Below, piece after piece: positions 1 to 12,091 of a stretch of DNA of 64,000 nt (position 1 is its first letter; every line of letters starts with the position of its first letter). Under the pieces are notes generated by a model. That model saw only the letters and a list, made by a program, of their open reading frames with translations, was not told the origin of the DNA and made no database searches. The position numbers and the translations under genes were made by a program. The DNA is from Balanoglossus misakiensis (Eukaryota > Animalia > Hemichordata). Location of the stretch: NCBI GenBank assembly GCA_040954595.2, contig CM082583.2:6694849-6758848 (forward strand). The letters run 5' to 3'.

Positions 1-739
1 CTTCTGCCTTGGGAATTTATTTAGAGCTTATTATGCGATAGCCACTTACGTACTGACGCTCATAGCAAGGAAATTCAATGCGAATATATTAAGCGGCGCT
101 TCAAGAAGCGGAGGCGACGTCTGTATATCATTAAAAAACACGGCCATATGAACAATGCTTAATTCCATTGGGAAATTATACGCTCTCGGAATACGCGAAG
201 GAAAATTAACCGTGTCGTTTCACCATCATGAAACCAAAATGCAACATATCGGTTGGGACAAATAGTCGAAATCGAGCAATAACTTTTTCAAATCGGCCGC
301 CCCGTGCCGTGTTCTCGATGCTTATTACAAAGAAATATACTAGTACATATTATTGATAATCCGCTTGACAAATCTACAAATATTAGCATATCAATTAATA
401 CGCCCTCTCATACGTGGTGTTTAGCCGGGACTCGGAGATGACACACATTTAAGATTCATTCCAAATTAATAATGTCTCGTTCGCAAAAAAAGGCAACTTG
501 AGTTTTGATTTTCGTGATTGTCTTGTGCGCAGTTGGGGCTGTAAAAGCTGTTCCTGTTTCTAAAGCAATTCTTAATTTCATTTCGGCGCATTGTCGGAGA
601 GGCCGGTAACTGCGGGTTGCCATAGCAACGAACGTTCGCACACTCTCCAGTTTCGTTCATTTTAACGATTAAAGAAAATCCTGTGGCTATTTCACTTTTC
701 TGATTTTTTTTTTACTTCTGTCGCCGTATCTCTCCACAG

Positions 740-3700
740 TTTCAACGCCTGCGCTTATCGGCGTCTGTGCCGCCGTCATCACGATCCTTCTTGCTCTTCT
801 CGTCGGGATCTATCGCTGTTTCTGTCGACCCAGGGGCTCCGTCCCGTACCCGTCTGTCAGAGCACCGCCACAGAAGGCTGGCAAACTAGCGACGTCGGCG
901 GCTGTCAGAAGCGCCACGCACAAGTCCCCGCTGGTGACGCCCACCAGCGAGGGCGAACCGGCCTTCCTGGAGAAGAAAGCCGGCAACAAGTCGTACAGCA
1001 GCACGTCCTCCACTATCGACCCGCAGACCATCAACACTCAGTGGTACATCGAAAACGAAGGCGAGAGGAAACTCGGGGACACCAAACTCGGCTGGGAGAA
1101 AGGGGAGAACGAGGAGCAGGCGCAGCTGGGCAACCTCTTCTTTTCGGTGGAGTATGACTTCGACAAGAATGCGTTCATGGTGACGCTGCACAGTGCCACC
1201 GATCTGCCGGTGAAAGATCCGACGACCAACAGCTCCGACCCTTACATAAAACTATGTCTGCTGCCGGAGAAAAAACACAAGGTCAAGACCAGGGTGTTGC
1301 GCAAAACACTGAATCCTGTCTACGAAGAAACCTTCACATTCTACGGCCTGCACTATAACCAACTACAGGGAATCACCTTACATTTCGTCGTCCTCAGTTT
1401 TGACAGATTCTCCCGGGATGACGTCATTGGAGAAATTGTGGTCCCATTGGCTAACATTGACATGAGCGAAACGGCGGTGCACTTGTCACGTGACATCAAA
1501 CACCGAAATCCCAAGGTAAGGGAAAACACTTGAAATATTGTAGAGCAAGTAATGAAGTTCTCTCGAGGAGAACGCGTTTAATACTGAAGATATGACCAAA
1601 GCCTCTTCTCAAGAGTCTTTGAGTCGGCAGGGAAAACAAATCAAAAGGGTAAAACGGTAAATTGTGTAATTAAACTTAACACGCAACTCTATAGCTGCAG
1701 TGCAAATTGAATGTATGGTAATATGGTGGCGATTTATACATGTATGTACCGGTCGAATTAAGGGGATCCGAGTCTCACTGACCATAAGAAACAACCGAAA
1801 CAAAAACTCGAACAACGCCGTTCGCACACAAGTTGTGGATTGCAAACTGGCATTTACTCGGCGAAATGTGTGTTCTTGTAGACTGAAAACTAGAATTGAA
1901 TTATAGTCTATCGCCCCTCCCCCGAGAGGGTGGGGAGCGATAGAGGGCGCCTCGAGTGACCGATCTTCCAATGTTCTAGAAAACAATTCTTCGTACACCA
2001 AATGTTGTAATTGCGGCAGTAAAGGCCAAAATTAAATATTCATTACGGAAATTCGATTTGACCCAGATAGACGCCGTCAAGGTTGTCATGATTAATGTTC
2101 ATCTATCGATACTGGACGCCGTCCTCACTCGTAACAAAATGGATTACAGACGGACAACTTGCGGTGGTCGTAATTGACCACCTTGACCCCCTTATAAGTA
2201 ATATCAGATGGTACATGGGATCTGTTTGATATTTTGGGGGAAGGAGGGTAGAAGTTTCACCGCTTTTCCAGCAAAAAAAAATAATTAAGCAAAAATTAAT
2301 TTTAAAAACAAAATCATCACTGTAGTTGCATCTCATCTATCTCATGTACAATCGAGAATGCCAGAAAACCTGAAGAAAAAAACACAATGACTTCGCTTTC
2401 AGTCTTTCTGGTTCTTTTTTTTCTACAACTTGAAAGCTGCTAAAAGACTGAATCGAGGAACTTGCTCATGGCTTTTAGCTTGGAGATTGTTATGTGGCAC
2501 GTGAGCTTCTGAATTTCGTGCCGTTGAAAGAAAAAATATATCTTCCGTTTGCTCGTTGACACCAGCGAGCATACAGTGTCGTTTGAAAGCCTTGCAGTGG
2601 AAGAGTTCTTGTTGCATTGTTGTCGCCGCTTGTATGACGAAATATGGAAGCATGAAATAGAGAAACCTTGCCGCGGGGAAACTGATAACAGCTCCGCCTT
2701 GAATATTCCCAATACTCATGTCTCAAGGTGTGAAAAATTGTTCCCAAGAACACTTCCTGAATACAAAATAAGATCGCGACCCTTGTTGATGAAGCGGTGG
2801 CCTTTAAAATAGTGACGTCAGAATGTACGATATTTTCTGTATTTGAGAGAGGATTTTTTTAAAAGATTAAAATACTAAAAGATGTTGACACACTTCTATT
2901 CACAGACCCAGCTAAATCTTACAAGTAGAATGACCACTACTCGATGATCTCATTATATTACCTCTGCAAACCTTATGTGGGGAGAGATATTACTATTGTC
3001 ATTTAAGAATGTTTCAGAGAGCGTATTGACGTGAAACAAGAGAATGTAATGAGATAAGCTGTCAAACAGAAGCGACTCTGTCCCGTGAAGACATTCTGTG
3101 CAGCAAACTTTTGACTGAATACGAGGAGTCCTGTCATGATAGCCGTGAATTTTCTAATGCTTCACGCTTGCTCGAACAACACGTGTATCATACTCTCTGA
3201 GATAACACCCTTTACTTAAAATGTCAGGGACATTACCCCTGTCAAGTAGAACTAAAATACCATAATTCAAAGGATATACATAAGCCCACGTCAAATATAA
3301 GAACATGTAAATAATATTCACACGGGATTTACTTAACTCTTAACTCTGTTAACGGCGCGAGGAAATCGTTTAGTTGTGCTATGCAGCAACATCAATTCAT
3401 AATGCACAAAATAATAATTCAATTACGAAAATTGTCACCAGAATCTTATTCCTCTTTTCAATGCTCTGACAATGTCGCACATTTGTCGTAAACGGCGTTT
3501 CATTAAACCTAATGATATTGTATGATATGAAACCCATAATCTTGACAGGTGGCTCCGAGCCAGCAGCTGAAGTATTTAATCATTTACAACGCCGCGATAT
3601 AAAAGGGGGCCGATTGAAGATTACCCCGGTGATGTTGACATCACTATAAAAATTACTGTCAGAAATATCAGAACTTGTGTGACGTAAAAGCTGATATGAG

Positions 3701-6700
3701 TATATGTCACGATAAATCATTCTTGTTCGTACGCGTCATGTACATAACCCGCCGGGTATAAACTGTCGCTTTTTAAATTTTGATCACTGTCAACTCGTTG
3801 TGTCACATGAGTGGCGACAAGAGAGACGAGAGTGTCGGGGCTGGAAGACAGTCATGGACACGTTCCCTTGCGAAAGAATTGCGGCATAACTGCATTGAAG
3901 ACCGCATGAAGTCGCTAAGTCGCGAATAATAATCACGAATCAACCGGCATTCAGCAGAAATGTGCTCAGAGCAACCAAACGTGCAGAAATGCCATATGTA
4001 CATAATAAGCGCCGTGGTTGCTCTAGTCGGATATTGTACTGCGGGGCCTCGCAAGGTTTTTTTCCGTGACAGTCCAAGAGGCAACCCGATTGATTACTTG
4101 TCGACAATGAAAATGGACCCTTTTTCTCTACTAATTAATGATATACGTCTCGTGAAAAAAAGGATGTTTTCGTTAACATTAATAAACTCCTAAGCAGTTT
4201 CATTGATTAAGTTATCCTTGGCCATCTGCTTGTGTTGAGACGATCGCATCTTTGATCGGGGTTAAGAATGGCCCAGGAATCGCTTTTGGGTGACATTTCA
4301 CAATCGACAGGGATAAATATAGAAACGATCAACTTTCAGTCTTCACGAAGATATTGCCGCAATATGAGATGCTATAGAGATGCGGTATATTGAACCGGGT
4401 GGAAGGCGATGACAAATATTAGCACAGCCAGTGTGCAAACATTCATGTTCTCATTGTGGCACGGCATTTTACTTGTGAGCAGTAGTCACACATTAAAAAC
4501 GCTATTCACCTACCCCCGCCTACACGCTTTATGTAGCGTGTCTTCATCAACATTCATTGTGAATTATTCAACTTTTAGGTTGTTAAATCTCTCTGATAAT
4601 ATTATGACGCAATGCAGGATATTTGCATAACGCACTGCGCTGACAGTAATAACAAAACGACAAAGGAAGTAGGAATATTAATTATTTTGAGCCAAGAAAT
4701 ATTAGAGTGCAGTTGCCATCTTGTTTTAAGAAAAGATTTATCTTTCAGTTAACAAGACATTGAATGTGTCTTTGATTAGCTGACTAGTGATTATATAGGG
4801 GCATTTGTTTTTAGCGATGGGGAAATTCAGGTTTATTTTGTAAGCAAAAGGCATAAATAATTATTGTGACAGATTTTATATCCACGCCGAGAATTATTGT
4901 CGAAGAAGACGGGCTCGTATTTTCCCCCTTTAAAATCAATTCTACACAATTCTTTTCTTGCGCGTTGTCCGCTTTCTAGACTTTCTAAGAATTGGATTCA
5001 CCTGCGCCGAGAACTTGAAACCTCAGTATGCGCGCATTTACATCATTATCGGACGTAAACTACTATGCATAGCCATCAAACCCTTTTCAACGATTTCATC
5101 TGCAGGCTATTGTGTCGCCTTTCCGAGAGTTTCGGGTTCGGCTCTACCGCTGACAGGATGCATTACGCATCTGCTCATCACCTCGACACACCGGGCCGAC
5201 CTTTTCCCGCTAATGTGACCATTAAATGTAAATTATTCCCGTCTCTCTGTGGTGGTTGAATCGCGCGGATTTGTGACGTGCGCGATGCTACCACCAAGAA
5301 AGAAAGCAAATTAATCAAGTCACGAAGACGTCGCGATAAATCTTTCGACATCATGATTAGTGGAAATTGTCAAGATGGTGACTTGGCGGTTTCATTATTT
5401 CAAAAACAATGATTATCACTCTTTGGTGTAATCCAAAAAAAACCTAGTTTTATATCAAGTGTGTATTTACACGTCACTTCACGAGACATCGCAGCGTAAA
5501 AGTTTGACTTGACCTTGTACGGTGTGGAGATGACTGAAGGAAAAAAAAACAAAAAAAGATATTCTAAATGATAACCCGGAAATTTAAACTGATCACTTCA
5601 CCGTTGCTTGAATTCAATCTGAACTCTGCTGACAGTTCCAGGGTCACACGATTTTGGTTGCATATCTCAATTGAACACTATTTCCGCCTCGTTGGTCACC
5701 GTCACTTCCGTCCTTTCATTTCGAAAATTGCCTGTTTGGACCGCTAATTTATTTTCTGAGATATATATATAAAACGTCGAAATCGTATATTCATTCTTGT
5801 TAAAATGTACGGCTTATTACACGATGACCCCTACCGAAGTATGAAAGCAGTGGGAAAAATTATTGCAAATGTTCCACGCCTTGTAAGTAGAGGTACTTCT
5901 AAGTTTTCTCGGATTCTTAATTTCTACTCTCACTCAACATTTGATCTTCTTCATATAGAAAATGTCGCTGAACGGAGCCTTGTGTTGATTACATGTACAA
6001 AAAGAAGCGTCAAGCCTTGTAGATTAGATTCTCTGCGCTAGCAACAAATTGTTTTCTTCCCTTCAAAGGATTCACCAAAATGACACTAATAAAAATGATA
6101 AATCTCTTCAGTTCACTCCGACCATCATCATTATCGTCACTCGCTTCATTCAAAGTCATCTATAACCACAGCGAGAGCAAATGTAGACAAAATGGCCTCC
6201 TACGCAATCTAAGGCTAGAAAGTAGTGGACGTGTATTCTGCCGGCGATAGGTCATGTGACCCGCGAAAAATTTACATATTGATTTTAATCACACACTCGA
6301 ATGTCCATCGTACACTTACATTGTATATCATTCACATCACGTAGCAAGCGACGTCTGCCTAATTGACGAGCCGCACATATCTTTAAATGTCAGGCATTCG
6401 ACCTTATCAAGCAAGTCGGGTTTTTAAAAACAAGCCCGAACGATGTTTTCTTCTAAAATTTTAACTTCAAAATTTGCGCAGCTCACTAGTATGTGCTTAC
6501 ACTTAAAATATCTAACAGTAATTTAGTTACCATCGCCACTGTCTGATGTACCCTGTCACCTGTACATGTATATAACACAGATATCTTCACACCGCCTTGG
6601 GGCATATATCACACAAACTGGCTTTCCGACCTACTTCAAGTCAATTTCGTGACTGGATCCATGACTACTGATTTTTTTAATGACAGGGTAAAACAATCTT

Positions 6701-9700
6701 AACATCAGAACATTTCGAGACTGGTAAATACTAGTATACCGTGCAGTTAATGAAAGGCGCTGGGGCAAGGGCGTGACGTCATCACCAATTGTTTTATTTA
6801 GGCTATAACCCTCGTTCTAAATCACAGGCCACACTTTTAACGATATTGCCATGATTTATGGCTTCCCTCATCGCTTCGAAACCAAGCACAGACTGGACAA
6901 TGAGACAGAGTTGGCATTCTGGGCAGAAGGTGTACCATCGGCAACAAACGCAAGAGTATGCCTGTCGCCAAATCACGTGGCACTGTTAGGCCAATCACAC
7001 GCTGAATAAAACGAATCCGTGGACGTCACAGTTGCTGTGGCCCTGTTGTGTTCAGATGGTACATGTCCCAAGAGATCCGCTTCTGCCATTTCAGTGTGTA
7101 TCAACATCAATTGTGATGTGTTCTGATATCGTGACAGGATCACAGAAATGACGTCTTATGGAATCCGTTACAAATAGAATTTCCACCTCATTTACTGTTG
7201 GTTACTGTCAAGACATGTCAGTGCTTCTGAATCATCTCTATGTGTTATAATAAAACAAATTACTTCACAATTTCATAAGGGGAAACACGGTTAGATTTTG
7301 ATACTGTGCGTGGAAGTGTGTTCTCACAAGCGTTATACATTGCAGTATGACCGCGATATCTTTTGGGCGACATTTTAAACAGGGCTTGCTTACTATTTCT
7401 ATGGCAATGCATAGGCTTACATTATTTTTAAATGATTTGGAATTTTTCACTTTCTGGCAACGTTTGTAAAATAAAACAAAACAATATTTGAACGCTTTCA
7501 AAATATGCGAAAGGAGTTTTAAGAGTCTAGCATTTTATGGGAACCACGCATGTTTTTCTTGGTAGAACATCCGTGACAAATCTGAAATATCTGCGTTTAA
7601 CTTATTAATTTTCCAGTCCTATCTTAATTACGTAACGCAACAAGTGCCTAATAAAAGTTTATCTGTAGATTATTAGCAATTGATCACCACGGAAACTCCA
7701 CAGGCAGAAACAGGTGTTTGCTGATAGTGGGTGATGTAGACACGTCATGTGATCAATATCTGAATGACAGGTATAGTGCCCGTATATGCATCCTGACTGC
7801 ACTGGTTACATGTATTTAACAGCGTTTCAACGAGCTCTCTGTCAGGCCAGATGTTGCAAGCACACGGGTCGAGTGGATTTTGTACAAAAGCTCCGACTTT
7901 AAATCTTTCAACGTACAAAATCGGTTAAACACATCCGCTTCGAAAATGTTGTAAAGCCAAAATGCGATCAAACACGCTTGAACCAGGCATTGTTTTCCGG
8001 AAGCGCTTTTGTGCTCGAACTGAGCACGTGGCTTGAATATAAAATACCACTGAGACTCGCGGCAAATTACTTCGAATATACACGTGAACACAACTTATCA
8101 CTCCCAGCGTCTTGTTGTGTTGTGGGAAGATAAATTACTCAGCGTTTATCAATATAAATTTAAATAAATATCTTTGTGGGACATTGTATGCGTCAATGAT
8201 GACTTAGGTATTCTGCATTCTTTGAATAAAAGTGTTCGCAATAAAAACTTCCTCATAAGGGAGCCGTCATTATTTACGGCCTGGGGGGGGTCGGAGGAAT
8301 TACACTAGAAACTCCAAAATTTTGAGAAACCCCCCCTGCCAAGCATGCAGATTTTGAGAAACCCCCCCTTCCAACACAGAAATTTCGACTGGCCCCCCCC
8401 CCTAAAACCGGAACAACTACATATCAATACATGTATCTGTATTGAACACCTATTGCCTGGCCATGAGGGCCATAGCGGCCGTTTATTACACCCGAGGGGC
8501 TGTGAGTTACCAGAATCATATGCTATTTCCCGAGGCCGCAGGCCGAGGGAAATAGCATATGGTTCTGGTAACTCACAGTCACGAGGGGGTAAAAACGGCT
8601 GCTATGGCCCGAATATAGGCCAGGCTATAGGTGTTTTATAATAAACCTCATGCTATCAGCTGGGAAAATCTTGCAATTTTCTCTTGAGGTTGGCAGACGA
8701 CATCTTCAGCGGTGGCCATTGTGTCAGACGACGCGACACCGATTGACGTGACCGAGTCTGCGCACTCACGCTGGTCACGTGACCGGTTTATATTTTTTCT
8801 GCTATTTCCCTAGAGGGATTCATAGTCGATTCTATTTTCCTATCACGTGACGGATTCTGGCGAATCACGACACAGTATTAGCATGAGGTATATTATAAAA
8901 ATCATTATAATATACCTCATGCTAATACTGTGCCGTGATTCGCCAGAATCCGTCACGTGATAGGAAAATAGAATCGACTATGAACATGATGAACCGCTAG
9001 GGAAATAGCAGAAAAAATATAAACCGGTCACGTGACCAACGTGGTCACGTCAATCAGCGTCGCGTCGTCTGACACAATGGCCACCACTGAAGATGTCGTC
9101 TGCCAACCTCAAGAGAAAATTGCAAGATTTTCCCAGCTGCTAGCATGAGGTTTATTATAAACACCTATAGCCTGGCCTATATTCGGGCCATAGCAGCCGT
9201 TTTTACCCCCTCGTGACTGTGAGTTACCAGAATCATATGCTCTGGTAACTCACAGCCCCTCGGGTGTAATAAACGGCCGCTATGGCCCTCATGGCCAGGC
9301 AATAGGTGTTCACTATTACAGTAGTGTAGTAAAAGACCTTTCAACTCCAGGTTCACCCTGCTACATTGTAGGTGATCATCAGTTGCATCATGATGGATTG
9401 AAAAGGGTGAAACAACAAAACAATCTCAAAGTCACAACTAAATAATGATTACCGTAAAAGCTCACCCATAACCAGTAACCATCAAGTAGCATTGTGTAAT
9501 TTGGACAGGCATCGTTAAAAGTCAAAATGATTATCAAACTTTGTTGATATAATAAGGAGATATGTTTTTTATGCATGATCAGGCAAGCATGCCAATCCTT
9601 TATCAGCAAATTTTGGGAAAAATACTTTGATAGTGCAGTGTGGACACTCTGGTGTTCCGCGACCGGAGGTCGCGGAGCGCTGCAGCACTTGCACAGCACA

Positions 9701-12091
9701 CAACTAAATCTTTCAGTTGAAAAACTTTGATACATTTCCCAAAAATGAGTGACCCCCCCTCTTCATCTACAATTTTTGAGAAACCCCCCCCCTGCAGCCT
9801 TCCAATTTTTGAGTAACCCCCCCCTTCATTCCTCCGACCCCCCCAGGCCATAAATAATGACGGCTCCCTAACACCTTGCTGACGTACAATGGAAAATTCC
9901 TAGTCGATAGAAAAAATGACTGAAAGATATTACTTACAGTAGAGGGTATGCGCAATGAGGACTGCAAGCCAGGAGAAAGGCATTCCCGATTTTTGTCGTC
10001 ACTTTCCATGACCGTTGGTTTATGCATATTATCTTCAGTTGCTACCGAAATCTTGAAAAATCCCGTCCATATCGTCAGAGTCATGACCCTTCACTTTCAC
10101 TTGGTTGTCGGAAATTGCTCTGGGTAAATGACCAGAACGTTGCTGTCACTACTTTCGGCCATGGTGTTCGCACGTCAAAGATTGAGTTCCGAATGATGGA
10201 AACGTGGCACCTCACTGACCATCTGACAAATGCGCTGGCAGACAACTATCCAATTGAAATGTGTCATTTACCAGGTGTATTTTGCGAAGCTTGTGATTGG
10301 TTGATGCGATTGCGAAGTTGTTTAGCATACCAAAATCACAGATGTAGTCTTAGTGCTGCATGCGTGTTGTAGACAGGATAATATAGTCGTGTCTTGCAAT
10401 CGTTCAGATATTGAACTCCGCTCGGGCCTGCGGCGCTCGTGTTGTTCAGCATCTGAACGATTATACTCCATTCGTACATTATCTTAATCTTACCAGTCTC
10501 CGTCACTGGAGACTAATATTTGGGACAAAGTAGCCTTGACACTTATGCCTATCCATAACAGTCTTCATCTCCATGCTAATATTTCTGGTTTTAATAAATT
10601 GCTTGGAGCAGAGCGGGTGATAATTTGACCCAGGGTACATATGCTACTTTTATTACATGCCCTCGGAATCGGGGAGGTCATTTTTTGAATATTAATGGCT
10701 TTCAAAATATTGCGATGAAATATTCAATGTGTTGACTTGTTCTCATTTAGTTAGATATTCCAACATGCGACGCTGTATCGACAGTGGACAGATTTTAGCC
10801 TAAAACGCTCGGCTACGTCCTATACAATTACATGTACGTATAGAGACGATTTATAGGTTGCTTTGAAGCAACATGAATTATACAGCTGCGGCGAGGGAAA
10901 AGATATGAAGGGAACTCTATGCACGTATCAAACAGGCTGACTCATAAATCAATTAAGATTTCCAGTTTAACTCTAGGTTCGCCGGTGATTATTGATCGAG
11001 AAGTTATGCTGAACGGGATTCTCTATATTTATTCACTTCGGTGTTCTATTTTAGGCGACAATAAATGTCACTTACTTGAAGTCCGTATTTACGTCTCTCG
11101 ACAAACTTTCTTTTATTGTCTACGCAGGTACCCCGTAACCAAGGTCACGGGGACTTACTGGTGTCGTTGTCATACCAACCAGCAGCAAATCGTTTGACTG
11201 TTGTGGTTTTGAAGGCTCGAAATCTACCCAAGATGGATGTGACAGGGCTATCAGGTAAAAATAACGCCCGCTGCGAATGATCAAGTACACACAAGTATAC
11301 GTGTGATACACGTATCAACATCAGTAATTGACTACCCATACATACATACAGACAGACAGACAGACAGACATTGCATGATTCTGAAAAGTTGCTATAATTA
11401 TTCAATTCTCTGATGAAACTTAAAGAAGAAGCGGCGAGATAGAAGGTATGGCTTATTGTGAAAGAGTTGTGTCGGTAGAACAGGTGTCTTGCCTAATCTG
11501 TTCCACAGGCGATATGATGAAATTCTATTTGCATTTTAAATTTTAATCCGGGTTTGAAATCGGGTTATTGCTTTTTCTCACCGTGTACTAAGTATGACGT
11601 CACACTGCTCTCTCTCAGCTTCAATCGGATACCATGACAACGCACATATCATTACGAAGAGAATAACGATCGACTTGCCCGTTGCTGTAAAGTGGCAAAT
11701 AGCACGTCGATTAATTGGGTAAAAATAAAACCCACACCAAAACGTCACTGTTACCGCTCGAACGATTTCCTTGTTTCCAGCAGATCCGTACGTGAAGATT
11801 CACCTCATGTACAACAACCAACGCCTGGCTAAGAAGAAGACGAGACTGAAGAAACGCACCCTGAATCCAGTCTTCAACGAGTCTTTCTTGTTCGATGTAC
11901 CCATCGAAGGACTGGCGAACGTCAGCTTGGAGTTCCAGATCCTGGACCACGACCGCGTCACCAAGAACGAAGTCATCGGACGCCTGGTGATCGGCAGCAA
12001 GGCCAGCGGCGAGGAGGAGAAACGACACTGGAAAGAAATCACAGAAAATCCACGGAAACAAATCGCCGAGTGGCATAAATTAACAGAGTAA
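740..12091 (+). CDS. SYT4: Synaptotagmin-4/11 family protein (TM + C2A + C2B); 5' partial, first exon not in window
   Basis: Exons 740-1515, 11128-11254 and 11781(or 11784)-12091 have GT-AG ends and compatible phases. They encode a TM segment ([21 protein letters not shown]), C2A with the Syt4/11-diagnostic Asp-to-Ser motif [10 protein letters not shown], and C2B (DPYVKIHL...[17 protein letters not shown]...QIAEWHKL). Probably pro-orthologous to SYT4 and SYT11. Confidence 0.93.
8259..9868. mobile_element. Non-autonomous PIF/Harbinger-like DNA transposon in the synaptotagmin intron
   Basis: About 42-bp terminal inverted repeats (GGGAGCCGTCATTATTTACGGCCTGGGGGGG... / ...CCCCCCAGGCCATAAATAATGACGGCTCCC) flanked by TAA at 8256-8258 and 9869-9871. 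Subterminal direct repeats TTTTGAGAAACCCCCC occur near both ends. No transposase ORF. Confidence 0.8.
8443..9312. repeat. About 870-bp palindrome made of two inverted copies of a hairpin element, nested in the Harbinger-like element
   Basis: 8443-8898 is the near reverse complement of 8905-9312, around a loop of about 6 nt. Each arm has its own terminal hairpin and an internal inverted repeat (TATAATAAACCTCATGCTA...TAGCATGAGGTATATTATA). Confidence 0.92.
10398..10462. repeat. Degenerate hairpin element remnant (GA-capped family)
   Basis: Stem AATCGTTCAGATATTGAAC / GTTCAGCATCTGAACGATT around CTCGGGCCTGCGGCGCTCG. Confidence 0.6.

Noticed and set aside
1609-8091. Short ORFs in the long synaptotagmin intron as nested genes
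   Set aside because: None shows a recognisable domain or a consistent splice chain. ORFs of this size are expected by chance.
11120-11135. Recursive splice site (cag|GTACCC) at the end of the 9.6-kb intron
   Set aside because: The donor consensus is poor beyond GTA, and the bases read as normal in-frame coding sequence (VPRNQG).
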